From assembly GCA_010909165.1 (NCBI GenBank), contig VJWM01000219.1:124001-188000 (forward strand): DNA of 64,000 bases, read 5' to 3'. This document shows, piece by piece, positions 18,467 through 31,435 of the stretch. Numbering within the stretch: the stretch's first letter is position 1; each line of letters starts with the position of its first letter. Made by a program: the position numbers and the translations under genes. The DNA is from Anthoceros angustus (lineage: Eukaryota > Plantae > Anthocerotophyta). A model generated the notes under the pieces. That model was not told where the DNA came from. It made no database searches and saw nothing but the letters and a program-made list of their open reading frames with translations.

Positions 18467-19024
18467 TCATTTATCAGCGTTCTCGTTGCTGACGTCCTTG
18501 AGCTTGCTCATGTTGGTGGTCTCCACCAAGCTGCCGAAGATGGCCAGCTTGTGCAGCTTGGTGACGTCGGATCCCGCCTGGTTGTCCTCCACGAAGATGG
18601 TGAGGCTGCGCACGTTCTGGAACTTGACATACTTGAGGGCCAGGGGCTGCGAGCCGTCCAGGTGGGAGGGCGACAGGAGCACGGTGTCGGTGACGGGGAA
18701 GTCGGCCACGTTGCTGAAGCCCATGCTCTGGCGGTTGGCGTAGAGCTTGAGCGTCCTGGGGCCATCCTCATGGGATCCCTTCACCACCAGGGAGTGTAGC
18801 TTCACCACCTGCGAGAAGGGGATGTGGAGCAAGAGCTGCTCGTCCGCAAAGCTCTGGAGATGCAGGCTGCCGTCCTCGCGGTACCCCTGCTTCAGCGCAT
18901 TGGCCCAGGTGTGGCTGGGATTCTCGTTGAGGCACTCCACGGAAGCCCAGTCGATGAAGTCAGCCAGATCCACGGCGCGGCCCCCGGCGCCTCCACCCGC
19001 TGTTTGCTGCAACAGCGCAGCCAT
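18467..19024 (-). CDS. PITH domain-containing protein (single exon)
   Basis: [54 protein letters not shown]. Confidence 0.9.
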   Translation of the reverse strand: MAALLQQTAGGGAGGRAVDLADFIDWASVECLNENPSHTWANALKQGYREDGSLHLQSFADEQLLLHIPFSQVVKLHSLVVKGSHEDGPRTLKLYANRQSMGFSNVADFPVTDTVLLSPSHLDGSQPLALKYVKFQNVRSLTIFVEDNQAGSDVTKLHKLAIFGSLVETTNMSKLKDVSNENADK

Positions 19025-19394
19025 GGAATGGAAACCCTACAGGTTGCAGGCACAGGAAACCCGCCCGCCTGGCGCACGCGCACTTGCGCCCCCCGGCGTG
19101 CCCACGCAACGCGACACAACGCTGCGCGCTACGCCAAGGCAAGAGGAGGCCAGCGGCTCGCTGTAAGCAGGTTCCCTCGTTTCCTCCCTCCCGTCTCTGC
19201 CTGCCTGGTCGGATCCTGTTTCCTGTTTTGTTGCCAATCGTCAGCTCGTTCTGTCATGTTATACCCTAATACAATCTATATACCGTAAACCTTGTCTTCT
19301 ACATGAACTACCTATACCGTAAGTAACTTTTCCTTCCTGGTAGACACGCTACTAACTTGCCGCTAGGTGCAGCTGTCACCAGCTCCAGCTTCCC

Positions 19395-20769
19395 ATGGGC
19401 CGCTGTTGCGGACTCCTGGGCGCTTCCAGCAGGCAGAAGCAGCATCAGCAGCAGAGGATGGCGTCGGGTGGCAATGCAGATGGTCTCCGGGACCTGGCGG
19501 GGGCAGCCGAGGGCTTCGGTGCCGGGGCCGTCGGAGGGCTGGACGGCCCCCTCTTCTGCGTCACCTCCCTTGCCGGTACAGAGCTGACTTGCCTGCAGCT
19601 GCCTGGGCCTGCCCGCTTGCCTGCCAGCTCACTTGCGCTCCTTCTCCGATGTTGCAGACGACGGCGCGGGCACGCTGCGGGAGGCGTGTCGGAAGACGGG
19701 GCCGCTGTGGATCGTGTTTCACGTCTCCGGCACCATCTTCCTCAATTCCTACCTCAGAGTCTCGTCCTTCAAGACGATCGACGGGCGTGGCCAGCAGATC
19801 AAGATTGTCGGCAAAGGATTGCAGCTCAAGGAGTGCCAGCACGTCATCGTGTGCAATCTGCTCTTCGAGGCCGGCCGCGGGCATGATGTGGATGGCATCC
19901 AGATGAAGCCTAATTCCAGTCACATTTGGATCGACCGATGCACGCTCTCCGATTTCGACGACGGGTTGATCGACATTACACGTCAGTGCACCGATATCAC
20001 CGTCTCCAGGTCACATCTGGCTCGCCTTCCTGCTTTCCTTTCCTTTCCGTTGGTTTCCTTTCCCAGCCCGCTGTGATCTGACATCCGCACCACTGCCCTG
20101 CACAGGTGCCGGTTTTTCAATCACGATAAGACTATGCTCATCGGGGCGGATCCCAAGCATGTCGAGGACCGCTGCATGAGGATAACCATTCATCACTGCC
20201 TGTTCGACGGCACAAGGCAGAGGCACCCTCGGGTCAGGTTCGCCAAGGTGCACCTCTACAACAACTACACCAGGGATTGGGGAATCTATGCTGTGTGTGC
20301 CAGTGTAGAGGCTCAGGTAATAAACTACTCTTCAACTTCATGGAGCAACCCGCTCAGTTACTGCATGCGGTTACTCACCATCTTGCTTCATGCTGCTGCC
20401 GCCGACAGATAGTGTCTCAAGCTTGCATCTACGAAGCAGGTGCCAACAAAAAAGCGTTCGAGTACTACACCGAACAGGTCTGTATCCATACCACGCATAC
20501 TCTCAGTCAGAACCTTGCCCTCTCCACTGCCTAACGTTTGAGACATGCAGGCAGCGGACAGAAGCGAACCTGCATCTGGCTGCATACGTTCCGAAGGTGA
20601 CCTTTTTCTCAAGGGAGCGCAAGGCGTTGCTATAGGTCCCGAATCAGTGTTCAGAGTACAAGACTATTACACCAGATGGTCAGTGGAGCCTGCTGACCAG
20701 ACGTTGATGAAAAAGCTTTGCACCATAACCGGCTGGCAAGACATCGCGTTACCAGAAGACAAACGTTAA
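19395..20769 (+). CDS. Pectate lyase-like (PL1), 5 exons (19395-19575, 19658-20009, 20106-20316, 20409-20477, 20550-20769)
   Basis: AEGFGAGAVGG, DDGAGTLREAC, KTIDGRG, DGIQMK...HIWIDRC...DGLIDI, RQRHPRVRF...HLYNNY. Confidence 0.92.
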
Positions 20770-20882
20770 CCAAACGTTCCAGCTGCAGGAGCGACATGTC
20801 TTTCAACTGTGCCTCACTTGATCCACTTTACAACACACGACAGCGGCCATATAGGGGATCCAGTCACTGCAGATAGGCGGGC

Positions 20883-21850
20883 CTCAGCTCTTAGGAAACT
20901 TGGGAAGTTCTGGAGCCTGGAGACATCAACAGACAAGAGCATTTGAAAACCCTAGCCACGGCAAATGCGATGGAGACGGATGTGACGACTCACCTTGGTA
21001 GCCAGGCAGGAGGTTGCGTCCAACTGCTTCTTCAGAGCACTTCGTAAATCTTGAAATTCCTGAGAAGTGCGTTCCGAAACGCAATTCACTAGCGGCATCA
21101 ACTATGTGAGCCCCAGAGGCAATGCGAACCAGGACTAGAAGCAGGAAAACTCACGTTTCTCAGTTGCTCCACCTCGGTGTTGAGATTATTCCGAAGATCC
21201 CCGAGTTCCTTGAAACAAACGCATGACCACGGTGCAAGTGCGCAGCACAGTCCAAGGCAGATCTTGACAGACAATTTGTTGGCGCGGCAGTTGTGTCTTA
21301 CCTGGCGGTATGTCTTCACCTGTGTGTCAAGCCTACTGCGCCAATCCTGCAAATCCTGGAAGCGAACAGAAACGGTGTAATGAGGAGGACCAGCTGGGGC
21401 TGAAAATGGAGGGACAATGGAACAGGGGAATGCAAACCTTCCGCAGCTGTTGGACCCGCGCAAGAACCTCAGTCCTGTTTACAGTTGGCTCCTGCAGATG
21501 GTGAACGAGCGGTCAGACCAATCCATCTACTGGAGCTGAAACACCGAACAGAGCAGCAGTTGGGCACTCACCGCAACTTTGGGGTCGTCAGGGGGGGATT
21601 GGGGTTGTAGTGAAGCAGAAAGCGCCGTGGCTTCTTCATCCTGAACACACAAGGAACACGGCGTGTGATAGAGAACATAGGGCAATGACTGCAAGCAGAC
21701 GGAGGGAGATCGGAGGAACCTGCGAAGAGGCAGAGTCAGCCATCGCGCAGAATAGAGGGCGGGAATGGGAAGGCCGTTGCTTGAAAAGATAAACGCCAAG
21801 CCACATGCATATACATATGTACCCCGTACCCCGTACCTCGAGACCGACAT
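20883..21850 (-). CDS. Small coiled-coil protein of unknown function (6-7 short exons; first exon uncertain)
   Basis: Phase-0 exons join cleanly: DEEAT...DPKVA|EPTVNRTEVLARVQQLRK|DLQDWRSRLDTQVKTYRQ|ELGDLRNNLNTEVEQLRN|EFQDLRSALKKQLD...|APELPKFPKS*. Confidence 0.7.
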
Positions 21851-22590
21851 TTCTAGAGACAGACAGTAAAGACGTTATGTAGTCTACCTAACGTAGTAAA
21901 CTATAGACTCCCATGAAGAGCTTTTCCGAAGCTGGCCTGAAGGTTTGGTCCATCTGGTGTGGTCCAATGCCCTCTCTGGTTCGAGGTCATTAGTTAGGTA
22001 GTGAGAATGTCGATTCAATCCTTTTTTTACCTAGTACTAACCATGAAGCTGCACGGAGTGGGGGACCACACCTATTGAAATAATTGTGTGCATTTCAAGA
22101 TTTTTGTCTCACACCAAGTCGTGGCCTGACTCCGTATACCTTTAAGATACCAGTTCCTTAAACATGCCGCTTTTGACAAAATTACTGGCCAACCAAACGC
22201 TGGTTGGTAGGTTTCTTGCGCTAATGTGGTATTTACATTATTGGTGTTTTTCATAATATTTGAAACCACATGATGGTGGAATTATCTTGTCAACTATAGT
22301 TAACATGGCTATTAGTCGCCCCGCTATCTAATGGATTATTTGTTTTGGGTGTAAAAGAATTGATATGACGACTTTATCCATATGCAAGGATGGGAAGTCC
22401 TATTTACACCGAGGCGGTGGGGAATAGCCCATTAGAGGGCTCCAGGCCATGGGGGGACTACATAGGTAGAAGAAGTCTGTTATGGTCCACTTGGACGAAA
22501 CTTTCCTATCATGGGACTTGGTACTTAACAACTTGTACCATGGTGTGGCTAAGCTACTTAGGATCCCTCCGGACTAGCAGTTCACAAAGG

Positions 22591-22702
22591 CCATTCGCTC
22601 AGCGCAATTCAGTTCTAACCCACATCAGCAAAGAACAGAATCGAGCCATTCGCTCAGCGCAATTCAGTTCTAACTCACATCAGCACAGAACAGAATCGAA
22701 CC
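22591..22702. repeat. 55-bp direct tandem duplication
   Basis: CCATTCGCTCAGCGCAATTCAGTTCTAAC... at 22591 and 22646. Confidence 0.9.
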
Positions 22703-23031
22703 GATACCCAGATAAGATTTAACATGGTGGTCAATCTGCTGACATAAGCAAATAATGATTAGAGTTCAATCTGGTTCGAATCGGAGGCCGCACTGAACCG
22801 CTGCAAAAAAACCCAAGGTTCGACGAATAGTTTTACAATGGACATGTTACATTTGGAATACCAGCCCGCTTCATCTTGTACAAATTTCACGATCGTAAAT
22901 CAGTGGTGGGTGGGCTGAGGGTGGGTGGTCTCCGTGGGCGATCTCACGGTCGACGGGCTCCTGTTGGCTTTGCGAGCTCCTTATACCCTAGGAACTAATC
23001 TCAAAGCTATCTCTTGCGGCAGGGCATCTTC

Positions 23032-23215
23032 TGTTGGAATAACTTAGGGTTATTTATATAACCACTCCTTAGGGTTAAATAGCTAGGTTTACCGAAAGGT
23101 CACTTAGAGAACAAGACATATGTATATAAGATATTCTCTTTGACCGCAATAATTATGATGTTTTATTTCCATGTTTTCTTAGTCTGCTGTCCTAACGATT
23201 CTAAGCAAATTGACA
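23032..23215 (+). repeat. Copia 5' LTR (184 bp)
   Basis: TGTTGGAATAAC...AAATTGACA; near-identical to 39887-40068 and 41081-41263. Confidence 0.95.
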
Positions 23216-23227
23216 TGGTATCAGAGC
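23216..23227 (+). promoter_or_regulatory. Primer-binding site (tRNA-iMet)
   Basis: TGGTATCAGAGC directly after the LTR. Confidence 0.95.
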
Positions 23228-24046
23228 AGACAGGGCGCACAGAATTACAAAATGCCTCGCAGGAACAGGCAACCGGGAAGTAGGAGCTATAACAACTTTA
23301 TCACAGAGAGGTTCATCAGAGAAAGGGATCGCCTCCGACGGCATGGCCTGCTCTCCAGAAGTTCCTCTGTTGATACGATTCCCCCACGCCTGCATCCAGA
23401 CTCACGCCAGCAAACGGCCAGAAATAAACCGGCCAGAGCCAAGCATACCCTACACCCAAACAGGCCAGATTCCATCAGGCCTGGTAACAACAATTGGAAG
23501 AAGGGCTGCATCCATCAAGTTCAGGAAGATGGTGATGCCCAGGCTGCCTCTTACCGTCATCTGCTGAGTGTGATTCGCTTGTAACCCCACCAATCGATCA
23601 CCAAGACCTGCAGGCTATGCTATTCCGTCACACTACCAAAAATCAGGCTTTGCAAGCACAAATCCTTCTGGACATCCAAGAAATCAAGGCACAGATCAAT
23701 ACCCTAGCAGTACACCTGAAGGGCGCTCTTGTTTTTGAAGAAGAATCTCGGTCAAGGACGGCTATCGCAAGCATCATTTTCTGATGTTGGCACGCGATTT
23801 CACCATTCCCCATTCACCTGCGCGCAGCAAGAGGGAGATGTGAAGGGTCGCGTTCACTATCACGAAGCGGCACAGGAATTTGGAAGACGCTTACCTGGCA
23901 CAGGGATTGCAGACTCGCACCTTTGCAGGCTCCTCTTCAAATCTGCGCCCCTTCCCGTGAGAAGATGTAACCTTTCCGCAGGGATACAAGATTCTTGAGA
24001 AAACCAACAATCTTACCTTTCTACGCTACCAATCTGAGCATCCACC

Positions 24047-25366
24047 ATGGTCGGAAACCCAGATACCACCCTGGGACTTGGGCAAGCAACTGCTGGCGCT
24101 TTGCTAGGTGCCACTGGTGCGGGCGCTTCTGCGCCATCTTCTTCAAGCGGCTCTGCGCCAACAGCCATCGCTCCAATTGCCCCTCCACCATTTGAGACAT
24201 CCGGGCCAGCATCAGCATCAACCACACAAGCCGTTACATCTATACATGCCACAAACATAGAGCCATATACCTTCACCGCATCTGCGCAAGGAACTGGAAC
24301 TGTGCCATCATATCTTCCTGCCACATTAGGAGCAGGCTTTTACAACCCACTGCCGAGCTTTGGAGTTGGCTTCGGGAATCCTCTGCCTATACTAGGAGTA
24401 GGACCCGCGAATCCACTGCCAAGGGGAGGAGCTGGCTACGTGAATCCCTTCCCTGCATTCGGCACAGGACTTTATGGACAAGCCCAGCCTCCTCTGCCCG
24501 CTGCAATTGCAGGCCCTCAGCAACCCTTGCCTCCACTTCCTGGAGCAGGATACGGTACTCCATACCCTCCAACCTATCAGCCTTCTTATACTGTGGAGTT
24601 CAAAGAACGTGACAGGTTCAACGGGAACAAGTACCCCGTGTGGAGCGTCTCAGCATGTGCATTTGATGCAGGATACTTATGGAGCGTCGTGAGTGGCCAG
24701 TTTCAACAACCTGCCATCACTGCTCCTCAAGTGGACAAGGATAGGTGGGATAATGCTAACAATGTGGCACGAGCTTTGATCATCAGTGGCCTTGATGAGG
24801 TCCTTGTACCAGATGTTGCCTTCCTCTCCAAAGCTGAAGACATCAAGAACCAACTTTTACAAACCTACGATGTCAAAAACATTCTAACACTTGTAGCTGT
24901 TAGGGGCGAGTTGTTTACCCTTCGCATGAAAGACAGTGAGAAAGTTGTTGTCTTCATAGCCAAGTTTAGACATCTGCGTTCCCAACTTGCCTCTCTAGGT
25001 TCTCCCATGATAGACTTAGATGCAGTAGCTCAGCTTTTGACTAGCCTGTCTCCAAGCTACCAGCCTTTCGTTTCCAGTTATGGAGCATCATTACGTGATG
25101 CAGGATAAGCTGCAGCTGCCGGACAACTTGTCCAGATTAGCTTCACTGATGTAGTAGGAGCTTTATTCCAAGAGGAACAGTCACGCAGCAGTTCACATTT
25201 CAACCATGGGCACACTAAAACGGATAAAGTTCTGTTTACCTCTAAACCCCGATTTCCCAACAAGAACAGGAATACCTCTGCTGCTGGCCCCTCCAAGGAC
25301 ACGAAACCAGGACAGACCAAATTAGTTGGCTCTTGTAACTGGTGCGGTTCCCCCGGCCACTGGGAG
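24047..25366 (+). pseudogene. Copia gag (UBN2-type capsid plus zinc knuckle), frameshifted
   Basis: RFNGNKYPVW, LFTLRMKDSEKV, LLTSLSPSYQPFV; CNWCGSPGHWE knuckle at ~25334-25366. Confidence 0.85.
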
Positions 25367-25779
25367 TGCCAGAGTTGTGCTAACTTAGCCTGAGATTGAA
25401 CTGCAACACGAGTACTTGCAGCAGGCACGCATGGTAGATCTAACCTGTAGAGATCATGCTCTAACAGACCTCTGGCCACCACAGAGCTGCTGGAGCCCCA
25501 CTTGGAGATAAGACAGCCAGAGGAATGAAAGGTGAGATCAAAACAATTCATACGCATGAGCTGACTAACAGATAGCAAATGTTTAGCCATGTCAGAAACA
25601 TACAGTACATTGTCCAAACAGAGGAGACGACCATCTGGTTTCAGAAAACAACAGGAACCCTGCCCCAATATCTTAAGGCCTGAACGGGTGAGTTCATCAC
25701 CAAGCAATATCTTCTCAGATGTATGTATGGGAACAAAGTTACTGAGCAAACTCCTGTTGTGGCAGATATGAGTTGTTGC
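25367..25779 (-). pseudogene. Inverted internal copia segment (protease C-part to GAG-pre-integrase LWH)
   Basis: Minus strand reads ATTHICHNRSLLSNFVP...LDNVLYVSDMAKHLLSVSQL...DLYRL...AQLWH. The plus strand resumes at xxLGHAN (~25780). Confidence 0.85.
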
Positions 25780-27427
25780 TTGTTTAGGTCATGCAAATCA
25801 GGACAAGCTAGTTAAAATATCTAACCTTGAATGCTATAGGGAACCCCTGCCCAAATGCTTTAAAGAACTCCCTTCTTGTGATTCCTATATAATTGCAAAG
25901 CAAAAGGAGTTGCCTTTTCCATCTAACCTTGCATTCAGGACATCCAATGTCCTGGACCTCGTCCACACCGACATCTCCGGGAAGATACACGTACCCTCAC
26001 TTGGTGGCTCTCTCTACTATTTGACCATCACCGACGACTACAGCCGCTACTCTTGGACTTATCCGATGAAGAGGAAATCTGATACATTCCAGTTTTTCAA
26101 AGAATGGTTAGTCATGGCGCAACGACAGACAGGTTGCTACCTTCGCTGCCTCATATCCGACAATGGTATTGAATTCGTTAACTCTCCCTTCAATGACTAC
26201 TTGGCTGCTCAAGGAATCACTCGCCACCGAGCCTTCCTACACTCGTGTAGAGCGGAGTTCGGCCGAAATCGGAACCCGACGCACAAGGAGCATGTTAGCT
26301 TGGTCTGGCCTTAGCAAAGCCTATTGGGCAGAGGCTGTTGTTTGTGCAACCTACATCCTTAATAGGCTTCTCACCGCCAGTTCGAGGCCTTATGAGGTCA
26401 TCCGAAGCGGAAACCTAGCCTGTTACATTTCAGGGTGTTTGGTTCCCCTGCATATGCCTTTATCCATGCAGAGCAACGTAGGAAGCTTGATGAAAGAGCT
26501 CGACCTCTCATATTCGTTGGCTATGGTGAAGAGACTAAGGCTTATAAACTCTATGATCCACCTACCAAATCCTTGATCTTTGCCCGAAGTGTGACTTTCA
26601 AAGAATTACTCCATCCCGCCTTTGAGACAAATCGTGACAAGCTAGTTAAAATATCTAACCTTGAATGCTATAGGGAACCCCCGCCCAAATGCTTTAAAGA
26701 ACTCCCTTCTTGTGATTCCTATATAAAGCAAAAGGAGTTGCCTTTTCCATCTAACCTTGCATTCGGGACATCCAATGTCTGGACCTCGCCCACACCGACA
26801 TCTCGGAAGATACACGTTCTCACTTGGTGGCTCTCTCTACTATTTGACCATCATTACCGCTACTCTTGGACTTATCAGAAGAGGAAATCATACATTCCGT
26901 TTTCAAAGAATGGTTACAAGCAACGACAGTTGCTACCCGCCTCATATCCGACAATGGTATTGAATTGCTAACTCTCCTTCAATGACTACTATCGGTCAAG
27001 GAATCACTCGCCACCGAGTTTTTCCTACACTCAAAGAATGTAACGGAGTTGCGTGGCCAAATCGACTCGCCAAGATGACAAGGAGCATGTTAGCTTGGTC
27101 TGGCCTTAGCAAAGCCTATTGGGCAGAGGCTGTTGTTTGTGCAACCTACATCCTTAATAGGCTTCTCACCAAATCAGTTCAGGGACGCACACCTTATGAG
27201 GTCATCTGGAAGCGGAAACCTAGCCTGTTACATTTCAGGGTGTTTGGTTCCCCTGCATATGCCTTTATCCATGCAGAGCAACGTAGGAAGCTTGATGAAA
27301 GAGCTCGACCTCTCATATTCGTTGGCTATGGTGAAGAGACTAAGGCTTATAAACTCTATGATCCACCTACCAAATCCTTGATCTTTGCCCGAAGTGTGAC
27401 TTTCAAAGAATTACTCCATCCTGCCCC
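25780..27427 (+). pseudogene. Copia integrase core, present as two tandem ~830-bp copies
   Basis: LDLVHTDISG, YYLTITDDYSRYSW, ISDNGIEF, YWAEAVVCATYILNR, RKLDERARPLIFVGY. The repeat restarts at ~26626. Confidence 0.9.
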
Positions 27428-28144
27428 CCGGACAGATGCTGTGGATGCTGAGTTTATTAGCTCCTCTTCCCCTTCCCAAGAGATCACAGACTTTGATGAG
27501 TCTCCTTCTGAGTACCCATAGGATGTCGCTTCGACGGCCTTCTCTGCTGTTTGGCCCCATCCGGCCAGCGGTTCGAGGAGGAATTAACCCGACATCTCGG
27601 TTCACCAGCCAAGCTTATAATCGTATCAACCATCTCCACGACAGTTCCAACCTCAGCAGTCACAGCAGTCCACTCTAGTGCCCCCTGCACAGCAATCACA
27701 ACCTGTTCCACTTATGCCTCTACCTGCTACACTGCCTGTTATTCCACACGATGATGACTCTGAAGCACATGCTTGCTAACGCTGATGCAGCGAATCTTGC
27801 GGATATAGATTCAGGGTCAGAACCTGATGACACTGCCGACACAGGAGCAGCTGATCATGCTGAAGTGGACACTTCTTACCAAGAGCAGGAAGAGACACCT
27901 GGCCCTATAGAGGATGTGACCCCTGTCACCGAACCTGTTGTTGCAGAAAGAAGATACCCTACTAGATCACATCCTACTCGTGATCAATGGCATGAAACCT
28001 TATCACCAAGATTTTAGGCCGGTGACAGTGGCAAGCCTTCTCCACTAGCACTGTTCACCTCGAACCCGTACTTATAAGGAAGCAATATCTGGACCTGACA
28101 AGGATTACTGGATCCCATCCATTCATGACGAGTATAATTCACTC

Positions 28145-29632
28145 ATGAAGAACGAGACATGGGAGTTATGTCCTTTACCTGCTGGACGGAAGACAGTGAG
28201 TTGCAAATGGGTGTTTAAGCACAAGCTCAACGCCCAAGGTGAAATTGCCAGATATAAAAGTCGCCTTGTAGCCCAAGGATTTTCTCAAGTAGCTGGGGTC
28301 GATTTCAACGAAACCTTTAGTCCTGTAGTAAAGACCCAATCTATTAGGATGATGCTTGCTCTAGCAGCTGCCAAGGACTGGGATCTTGAGCAAATGGATG
28401 TCTCAACGGCGTTTCTATATAGAGACCTTGAGGAGGACATTTACATGGACCAACCTGAGGGTTTTAAACCCACCACCAAATGGGGTTTGCAAGCTGAAGA
28501 AGACTCTGTATGGCTTGAAGCAAAGCGCACGAGAATGGTACAAGTGCATCGACAAGTACCTAAAATCCATAGGCTTCATTCAGAACCCTGCTGATGCCAA
28601 TGTGTACACATATACTGAAGGAGAACACATGGTGATATTAGCACTCTATGTTGATGATGCGATTCTCGCGTCAAATAGCAGGAAGCTGTTGGATTGGGTT
28701 AAAGGCATGCTTCACAAGCAATATGATATGAAAGATATCGGAGCTCTTACCTTTGTGCTTGGTGTCCAGCTTATCCGTGATAGACCTAACAGGACCCTGA
28801 TCCTTCAAACAAAGTATATCAATGAAACACTTCGCCGTTTCAATCTGCAAGATGCAAAGCCCGTTAGTACACCTGGCAGTGTTGGTGTCAAACTCAGCTC
28901 TCTTCAGTGTCCTCAGGATGATACTGATCGAGAGGAAATGAGTGTGATTCCTTACTAACATGCAGTTGGATGTCTTAACTACATCATTGCGGACGACCAG
29001 ATATCCGGCGTTCATCGTAGATCTCGATTTGGAAAACTCGCCAGATCATTGGATCTTAAGCGAATCCTGCGCTATCTTAAAGGCACCTCCACACTTGGGC
29101 TATGCTTTAGAGGAACGGATGATGGGATCGGGTGGTAGGTTATGCGAGATCTTGGTGAGCAACCGATCCGGACGGTAGAGCATCTCACGCCTCTTGCTTC
29201 ATTCTTTCTGGAGCTGCAGTGAATTGGAGTTCTAAGAAACAAGTCTCAATCGCACTCTCATCTACAGAAGCTGAGTACAAGGCTTTGACTGATTCTGCTA
29301 AGGAGGCAGAATGGGAGCGGACCTTCCTGGCCGGTTTGCATTTCAAGCAGCTGGTTCCAACCACTATATTTTGTGATAATATGTCGACCATAGCACTGGT
29401 AGGGAATCCACGCTTCCACGCTCGCACAAAACACATAGAGATTCATCATCACTTTGTTAGGCACTCTGTTGAACGCAAAATCATCTCAATAGAACATATC
29501 TCTACAGAGCTTAATCCCGCAGATCTTCTCACTAAGAGTCTTTCTACTCTTAAGCACAACTTTCATACAGAAGCCCTTGGCTTAGTAGCTTACAATTCCT
29601 ACCTTCAGAATGCACCTCCTGAAGATGGCTAG
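28145..29632 (+). pseudogene. Copia reverse transcriptase and RNase H (frameshifted)
   Basis: NETWELCPLP, RYKSRLVAQGFSQ, QMDVSTAFL, LYGLKQSAREW, LYVDD; WSSKKQVSIALSSTEAEY, CDN, RTKHIEIHHHFVR, ADLLTK. Confidence 0.93.
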
Positions 29633-31435
29633 CTAGAAGATCCTCAGTGCAAACAGGGGGATGAAGCTCGACGGCTCTACACTACAGCAAAACAATGGGG
29701 TTTTTAACGCAATATAAAACGCAATATTAACGCGTGGAGGCTCGGAATTACGTGCGAAGGTTTGGGCCAGGGCGTTATAAAAAGCATTATTGTGAGCTCG
29801 ATATTTCTTGGACATTAACGTGAGCAACTTACCGGATACCATGCCTTGCCCGGTGGCAGGTTGTGGGCTTGTTATCCGGTGCAGCCGGCAGGCTCGCCGC
29901 AGTTTTGACGGGCGTATAGTGGACGGGTTCGGGGCAGAAAGCGTGTCCCCGTATGTTCTACCGTCCGTGGTGGGCACCGGTCCGGCTTTGCCCGTCCCAG
30001 AATCCCGGGCTGCCACCAGAGTATCGCCGCCGACCCCGGTGCCTCGCTCGGCTCATTGTTTTGCGAATTCAAAAAACGGGCCACCTAGTGTCAGCGTATT
30101 CGACCGTCCTTGCCTCCTACTTTGATCGTCCTGCAGCGTGATGAAAGGCGGCTTCTCATAGGTGCAGCAACACACTCCATGATTGGCTCTTCATTAGTGC
30201 AATGGATTGGTGCAATGGATTAAAAACAGTGGATGTTCATTGGTGATTGACACGGTTCGAATTTGCTGCTCATTGGTGAATTGAGTCAATACGGATTGGC
30301 TTGCCATTGGTGGAAAGCATGCCCTTCATATTCGCGGGGGCGGCATTTTCAAACTTTACTAGCATCTGACGACCATTTCATTTAGGATTCGAATTTGAAA
30401 TTATAGTGACTCATTTAAGCATTGATTACATTATAGAATCTTTTAAGGCCAATATAATTAATAATTACTTGAACTTATAATTACTATTAACCGAGAGTTA
30501 AACTGTTTTCAAACCTGCTTAATTACAGGTTGTTAACCATATACCCTAATGATGCATAATACCTTCTAGAATAGTGTATGAATATCACGTGCATCGAGAA
30601 TATCTGAATATCGGCCTAGTAGTAGGAGGGTCCCTAATTACGCCAAGGCGTTGGCGCTCCACATGAACTAGGCGCATCAACTAAGCTAGATCTACTGGCG
30701 AAAGCGGAAATGGGGTTCGCTCCATTTATCTTCTTCAAACGCGCTTTGCCTTCCTTCCTTCCCATCGCGCTTACGCCGATATTGGGGCCCTTCTTCTTGA
30801 TAGCGCATAGATGGTGCCTTCGCCCTCCCCTGTTCATGTACATCAGACTTTCAGTTTGCAGAATCCTGCCAAATACTTGAAGACTGATGACAACTACACT
30901 CTGGAACGAATGCACAACAAATAAACAATGGACTGCTTACTTCCTCTTCCCTCCCTCGATGCAGTAATGCCCCTCCACCACTGGACACGGGAGACCCCAC
31001 TATTACACTCTGCAGAACATCCACATCAGCTCTGGCAGCCCCGGCGCCCTCAACCCTCAGCACTGCAACGGAAAACAAATGCTTTGTGCAAGCGTTCTTC
31101 CTTGACTTCGGAATGACACGTATTAAAGCACTGCATGCCCTTGACGGCACGCCTTCGCAGAACCAGGTTTGAAAAAACCAAATGCTTATCAAATCACCCT
31201 CGTCTCCCAGCTCGTCCCAGAATGACTGACCTTTCCTCGCAACGTACTCGTGTTATCCTCCTGTTCACGTCTGGTGGTGGAGGGGATAGAGACTCTCTTG
31301 TGTTCACCTCTCCCTCAGCCTCTTGTACATGTGCTTCGTCGACTGGGTAAGCCACTGAGTCCGAAGGCACATGCGCACATCCAAAACCAAGCCATGAGCA
31401 CAGATAGGAGACACAAGATTCCTACAACTAGGCGA

